Shown here one piece after another: positions 58,773-64,000 of a stretch of 64,000 nucleotides of DNA. The translations under genes were made by a program, and so were the position numbers. The stretch is from contig SMSO01000032.1 in the NCBI GenBank assembly GCA_004764695.1, positions 7,286,483-7,350,482 on the forward strand, written 5' to 3'. Every line of letters starts with the position of its first letter. Within the stretch, counting starts at the first letter, position 1. The notes beneath the pieces were generated by a model. The model was not told the DNA's origin, made no database searches, and was given only the letters and a program-made list of their open reading frames with translations. Origin of the DNA: Schizochytrium sp. TIO01 (taxonomy: Eukaryota; Protista; Bigyra: Labyrinthulomycetes).

Positions 58773-59391
58773 TCTCTACTTCTATATTTTACTATCTTTC
58801 CTTCTTTTTTGCTCTCCTTCTTCTACATGCGCATAAACTCATGTAGTTGCCCGTGCTCCATAAACATATATATAGCCCATTTTTAACTTTTATATGTTCG
58901 CAGCGTCAACTTCGAGTACTTTCTTTAGAACTCATTTTTAGTCTCAAACTTGTTCCTGAATAAAGATGCATAGTAATCTTGCTTCGCTAAAGACCCTTGC
59001 CTCCAACGTTATGCTTACACCATAGTGCTCTTTGCACGAGCCCATGATGTCTGGGCTCTTCAATTCTCCTGCAGAGGCTCAAATCAGGCATTGGGACCGT
59101 TGTGATGTGTAATAGCCTACTTCTATGGTTTCTGATAGATGAAACCGTAATTACGAGAATCGTAGTGAGTTTGGCAAAGGAAGGAAAAGTCAAAGCGACT
59201 GCAAACATTATTTGGCTTTGAATCCCTCTGCACCTTCATTCTGCACAGGAGCTAAGAGAGTTAGAGAGGCTCCTCTGACTCGCCTGAGAATAGAAATTCT
59301 TCTTGAACTGGGAGGCAGAAACCGTACGAGAAGGACGTGGAAAAATCCGATTGAAGGTCTTTGGAGAGAAAAAGTTACAGCAAGTCCCACC

Positions 59392-60648
59392 ATGCAGCAA
59401 CCTGGAGGAGGCGGCTTCCAGCACCTACTACAGCAAGCAGCGGCCCTTAAAGGCGAGCAAGTCAAGGCAGAAAGACGAAAATTTGAGGCCCAGCCCACTT
59501 TCTTACAAAATACGCTCTTCCACTGCCGTCATGAAGATGTCATGAAAGTTCGTGAGATGACAGACGTAGAAGAGCGTATCAGTGCAGCAACAGAGTTTAA
59601 GACAAAGGGCAACGAGCTTTTTCAAAAAGGTGACTTGCTGGCTGCAAATGATATGTATGAAAGATGCATCGGTTGCTTCTGGTTCATCGAGACATCAGAA
59701 CCGAATTTCAAAGACAAAGGAATTAAGGATGAGTACTTAACTTTTCACAAGGAGCACACAGACAACGAACGGGTGCGCAAGCTCATTGCGTCTGCGCTTG
59801 TAAACGGTGCTGGGTGTCACCAACAATTTAAACAGTGGCTTCAGAGCGTGCAGAACTGTACTTACGCGATCGAGCTTGATGATACTAATGCAAAGGCTTT
59901 CTATCGTCGTGCTCAAGCACGTACAATCCCAGTGAGCTGTGGAGCACTGGATCTCGACTATGCAATTCAGGATCTGCGCCAAGCTGTTAAGCTCAAACCT
60001 GACGATCGATCACTGAGGAAGATGTATAACGATTTAGTTGCGCAGCGCACCCGCCAACGCCAAGCTGACAAAACAACCTTCAGCGGAATTTTCGAAAAAG
60101 CAGACTTAGCCGAAGATGCAGTCGAAGATAAAGAGAACATGACTGCTTCGCAAAACTCAAGTTCACATATTCAAGACAACCCAAGCCAGAAACATAATCA
60201 GCGTTCTACCGAACAAGAAATTAGCATGTACAAAGACATAGCTGCATCGTTGAGACAGGCAGGGCGTGACGAAGATGCGGCCCAGGTGGAAAAAGCTGTA
60301 GCTCAAGCAGAAGAAAGTCTTGAGCGGAAACGCCTTCTAGGTAGCAATGATTTTAGGAATCCAACTCCCCAAATGATTCGTGAGGCAAAAGAAGAACATG
60401 GAATTGACCTGACAGATCCACAGGTGCAGGATGAGTTGAGGCGTCAATGGGAACGGCGTGAGAAGGGACTGGAACCAGATTTTGGTGATTTAGGCGGTAC
60501 CTCTGAGTCTGGCGAAGGGGGTATTAAAAGCCCAATTAATGGTAACCTCATGCTGCTTATTGTTTTCGTTGCCATTATTGCTTCAATTATATCTTCAGCA
60601 AGCTCAGAGTGGCCACCTACTGCTCCGTGGTTTTCCACATCCTCGTAA
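59392..60648 (+). CDS. TPR-domain co-chaperone-like protein with C-terminal transmembrane anchor (418 aa)
   Basis: Three TPRs of the FKBP/Cyp40 type (FKTKGNELF, LVNGAGC, NAKAFYRRAQA) and a C-terminal TM LMLLIVFVAIIASII. Start moved to the first ATG (cccaccATG, 59392). Confidence 0.88.
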   Translation: MQQPGGGGFQHLLQQAAALKGEQVKAERRKFEAQPTFLQNTLFHCRHEDVMKVREMTDVEERISAATEFKTKGNELFQKGDLLAANDMYERCIGCFWFIETSEPNFKDKGIKDEYLTFHKEHTDNERVRKLIASALVNGAGCHQQFKQWLQSVQNCTYAIELDDTNAKAFYRRAQARTIPVSCGALDLDYAIQDLRQAVKLKPDDRSLRKMYNDLVAQRTRQRQADKTTFSGIFEKADLAEDAVEDKENMTASQNSSSHIQDNPSQKHNQRSTEQEISMYKDIAASLRQAGRDEDAAQVEKAVAQAEESLERKRLLGSNDFRNPTPQMIREAKEEHGIDLTDPQVQDELRRQWERREKGLEPDFGDLGGTSESGEGGIKSPINGNLMLLIVFVAIIASIISSASSEWPPTAPWFSTSS

Positions 60649-61647
60649 TAACTGCCTGCAAATTGCTATCATCACAACCACCAAGCTTGTTTCAATGGCA
60701 TCATATTCTTCAGAGAGATTTCAAGATAAGTAGTGAAATTTCCCATTCTAAATAATGAATATAATAAGCTCACTCGCTTAATTATAGTTATAGATCTATC
60801 TTATCAAATAGATTGGCGCAACTAGTTTTAATGATGCAACTGAGTGCAGTGCGCAAGCCAGTATCATTTTTCATTAAGAAGTTCTGTGGGATTACAGAAT
60901 CCTATCTCGTTGTAGACTCCCAGCCCGAGATTAGTCCATTGGGTAGCTCAACATCAGCGTATCAACTTCAAAACTGCATATACACTTGGTCTTAAAAGAA
61001 AAACAGGGAGGTTTTGTAGCGCTCCATGAACTTTGATACTGTGCTTTTCGGGGTGGAAGCTTAAGTCATGTCATAAAGTTGCCGGACTTGAATGTGTTTG
61101 CGACGAGTTATACACCTTGTAATCTGAGTATTATCAATGAAGAAAATTGAGGTTCTGTTGCAAGATTGCGAATACTTCAAAAGATCTCAAGAGCGTTACG
61201 TTGATCCTTCGAGATCTCTGCGCTTTATTCTTTAAGATGATGAAATGTATGCCTCCCTCCCCCCACAAAAACAAAACAAAACAAAAAAACATCGATCCGG
61301 AAACGCAGCAAAGTAACCCGGAGAGGAATAAAGAGTTCGAACAACTTTTAAAAGTAATGTCATTATGCTAGTGCACAGTTTTTGTACTTTTTAAGAACAC
61401 GTGTCACTTTTGGAAAGAAACAATGATAACGACGAGTGAATGTTTGTTTGCATCATCTTACCTGTCATAGATGTTTTTAGTTTTCAGTTTTTCTTATAAA
61501 TGTTAAGTGAAAAGTTTGGAGAATTAGAATTTCCTAATTGTTATAAAGACCTAAAATAAATAAAATGGTAAATTTGGCAAGATGAAATGACTATTCTTGC
61601 AAGTCGTTTAGCCAACGATGTTCCTACGCAAAATGTAAACTTGTAGA

Positions 61648-63663
61648 TTAGATGCTCGCCATGACCTCGCTATGAGCACGAAGAGCGCCATGATGAGCAA
61701 CTGGCAATACCCCATGACTACGCTCTGGATCAAGCGCCTGTACGAAGAGGTCTTGATTCTGTTGTACCACCCAGCCAGCAAGATTTGAAAGAAGATTAGC
61801 AAGACCAGGAGTGTAGTGAAGCTTGGACGTGGGGATGTGCGGAAAGAGAGCGTAACTACCGCGGCTACGAAGCACCGATGGATCGTTTGCATTCTTAGTG
61901 GGCTGCACCAACTTTCGCGTTTCAGCGGGAAGTCGTCTTTCCCATTCCAAAGCGCGACCCAAGTAGACCCAGGTAACGTTCACGGAGTGATTAGCAGGGA
62001 TACCCCAGTATTGGTTCTCGATAGTACGAAGAGACTGTCGTACAACGATACCCTTTCCTCGGGCCTGCGCCTTTTGCATTCCATCCAACAACCCAACGAG
62101 CTCATAGCGAGGAAATACTTGGTTATGTGCAAGGTTCTCCAGCACAGACTTCTTTTTATCGTCAACACCAAAGAGACTAGTCAGGGAGGCGTCAACATCA
62201 CGAAAGTCGGGGTCCCTTTCAAAGGGGTTAAACCTTTCACGAGGTGATAAAGGGTTGGGGGAGTGAATAAAGACAACTACTTCCTGCAATCGGCGTCTAA
62301 GAAGAGACAAGATGCCAAAGTTTTCTAAGCTTGCAGCATCTGACACCAACACAGGCTGAGAACTCACAGTTTCGCTTTCACTTTGTGTCACAGGCGACCA
62401 ATACTCGACGCGCATCCCAATTTTGGAATCGAGGTACGAAAGCAAGGGAGATCCAGAGAGAAAAGATCCCGGCGCAAAAGAAGACGCTGCGGTTGCATGA
62501 CCCAGTGAGAACTGTTGAGAAGGAATGGGCACATCCTGCAAGATGTTAGTGTAATTGTATGGCCCGAGGCCCATGAAGCCCTTGTCTACTTTACCGCCAA
62601 ATGCAAAATTCTCGACATACCCGCCGACGCTGAGGTTGGCCGGTCGAGGCAGACCGTATTTGAGCGTGAGGTATTGAGGCGAACCAACGTAGAGGGAGTT
62701 AAATTCCAAAGGAACGTAGTTATCGTTGTTGACCGCGAACGGCTCAACGGCCATTGGTCCAAGAATGGCAGCATTTAAAATTGGAAAAGGCTTACTTGGG
62801 CATTCTTCGCGCCCCTCACAACGGTAAATGAAGGACTGGTTAGCCAAGACTGGATTGCGTTTTACCGCTTCTTCTCGTCTCATAGGAGACCATGCTACTT
62901 GATCTTCGAATTCAATGCCAGCAGGGGCTAAAAAAGTCTGCCAAATGGCAGCTGGATAGACATCTGCAGGAGGGACAAGGTCCCAGAGAAGTTTGACGGC
63001 CACGACTTCTAAAAGATTTCTATTTACAGGAGATGCACGCCCGCATCGCGGGTCGAGCACCTTCAGTTGAGCCCGAGTAAGATTCTCAGGTGGCACGATT
63101 TCACCAAGGAAATCAGCTTCACTCAGGCCCACTTTTTCGCTCTGATAATAGGAGTAGGCCGCATTAGCCCACGAGCCACCAGATACAGAGCTAATGTATC
63201 GCGTACGATTGAGAAGGTTAAGGTCAAGGAGCGCACGAAGATATCCAAGCGAGAGAGTGTATGCCCGTGCGCCACCACCGGAAAGCCCGATTCCACTTTG
63301 AAACGATCCCTCTAAGAGCTTAGACTCAGGGTACTCGGGTTGTACCGTGTTTCCTTGATTTGCTTCAAGCAAAGCGCCTTTGTTGGTAAGAAACTCTGAC
63401 TCCACAACTTTAATCATGGGGTCCATATTCCATGCTTGAGCTGCCATGAGCACATCAAGGCTCTCCTCGTCGCTACTGCCCTCGTCATTTTTCTGTTTTG
63501 GAATGTCATAACCAGACACGGAATATTTTCGTTTCGCACGAAGAGCAGGGGCACCGGGGAGCTCTTTTATGGCAATACGTGAAACTGTACCAGCAAAGAT
63601 TGGGGTTGCTGCAAGGACAACCAGGGCGGTGAGCACGACCAACAGACTAAGAATATTTGCCAT
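61648..63663 (-). CDS. Secreted cPLA2/phospholipase B (lysophospholipase)/patatin-fold lipase, 671 aa
   Basis: Signal peptide MANILSLLVVLTALVVLAA. GLSGGGARA glycine/arginine motif, nucleophile elbow SSVSGGSW, and a catalytic-Asp-like VSDAASLENFG. Confidence 0.88.
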   Translation of the reverse strand: MANILSLLVVLTALVVLAATPIFAGTVSRIAIKELPGAPALRAKRKYSVSGYDIPKQKNDEGSSDEESLDVLMAAQAWNMDPMIKVVESEFLTNKGALLEANQGNTVQPEYPESKLLEGSFQSGIGLSGGGARAYTLSLGYLRALLDLNLLNRTRYISSVSGGSWANAAYSYYQSEKVGLSEADFLGEIVPPENLTRAQLKVLDPRCGRASPVNRNLLEVVAVKLLWDLVPPADVYPAAIWQTFLAPAGIEFEDQVAWSPMRREEAVKRNPVLANQSFIYRCEGREECPSKPFPILNAAILGPMAVEPFAVNNDNYVPLEFNSLYVGSPQYLTLKYGLPRPANLSVGGYVENFAFGGKVDKGFMGLGPYNYTNILQDVPIPSQQFSLGHATAASSFAPGSFLSGSPLLSYLDSKIGMRVEYWSPVTQSESETVSSQPVLVSDAASLENFGILSLLRRRLQEVVVFIHSPNPLSPRERFNPFERDPDFRDVDASLTSLFGVDDKKKSVLENLAHNQVFPRYELVGLLDGMQKAQARGKGIVVRQSLRTIENQYWGIPANHSVNVTWVYLGRALEWERRLPAETRKLVQPTKNANDPSVLRSRGSYALFPHIPTSKLHYTPGLANLLSNLAGWVVQQNQDLFVQALDPERSHGVLPVAHHGALRAHSEVMASI

Positions 63664-64000
63664 GTGTGGGGTCGCAGTTGGGTTACCTCAATCACCTGCC
63701 TGCCTTTCTAAAAGAGCTAAGTTCGGCAAGCTTACTCTATGCACGTGAGCTTACTTCCCGTTCCACAATCAATTTTGTATATATATTTATAATTTGCGAG
63801 AGATGAGAGTCGCTGAGTCGTGCCGCCTTTCCTGGGAGATTGACACGAAGTTTCACAGTTCTAAAACTGCCAATGAAAACAATGGCTACTATTGCTTGCT
63901 TTCTCTGCTTCCAGAACTATTTCTCTAAGCCTCACGAACGAAGCGCGTCGCAGTTCCTCTCAACGTACGCTACCAAATAATTACCCAGTAGAGTCTAAGA

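Noticed and set aside
39185-59391. TTG-initiated N-terminal extensions given by the ORF track (39185, 50051, 53530, 59212)
   Set aside because: The locus is eukaryotic; the first in-frame ATGs (39278, 50084, 53575, 59392) are more plausible starts
40950-63663. Idea that the nine genes form a functional cluster or operon
   Set aside because: Mixed strands and unrelated functions; no evidence of co-regulation from sequence alone

Overview
Eukaryotic nuclear DNA. The intron-poor genes, moderate GC and tetra/pentanucleotide microsatellite-rich spacers suggest a thraustochytrid/labyrinthulomycete protist (Aurantiochytrium-like); this assignment is an inference. The window has two distinct halves. 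(1) Bases 1 to ~39,270 are a gene desert of at least 39 kb with no credible protein-coding gene. It alternates GC/CpG-richer blocks with AT-rich spacers and carries about 30 microsatellite or short tandem tracts. It ends at a 352-aa orphan protein that looks like a lineage-specific transcription factor: a compact ~105-aa basic folded domain, monopartite and bipartite NLS, acidic-hydrophobic tails and a terminal CKVL. (2) Bases ~39,270-64,000 are gene dense, with nine apparently single-exon CDSs: that putative TF, a membrane-anchored beta-propeller, an NDP-glucose 4,6-dehydratase, a PH-domain protein, a ZIFL1-like MFS transporter, an NTT/TLC nucleotide carrier with no plastid-targeting presequence, an FtsJ-fold methyltransferase with a Ded1/DDX3-like YVPPHLR-RGG N-terminus and a Nab2-type CCCH finger, a tail-anchored TPR co-chaperone, and a secreted cPLA2/PLB-like phospholipase. 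The strongest leads are the desert plus orphan-TF locus, the NTT carrier and the unusual FtsJ-fold RNA-binding protein. The supplied ORF track uses TTG/GTG starts, so I moved starts to the first in-frame ATG. I recognised no rRNA, tRNA, CRISPR array or intact transposon.
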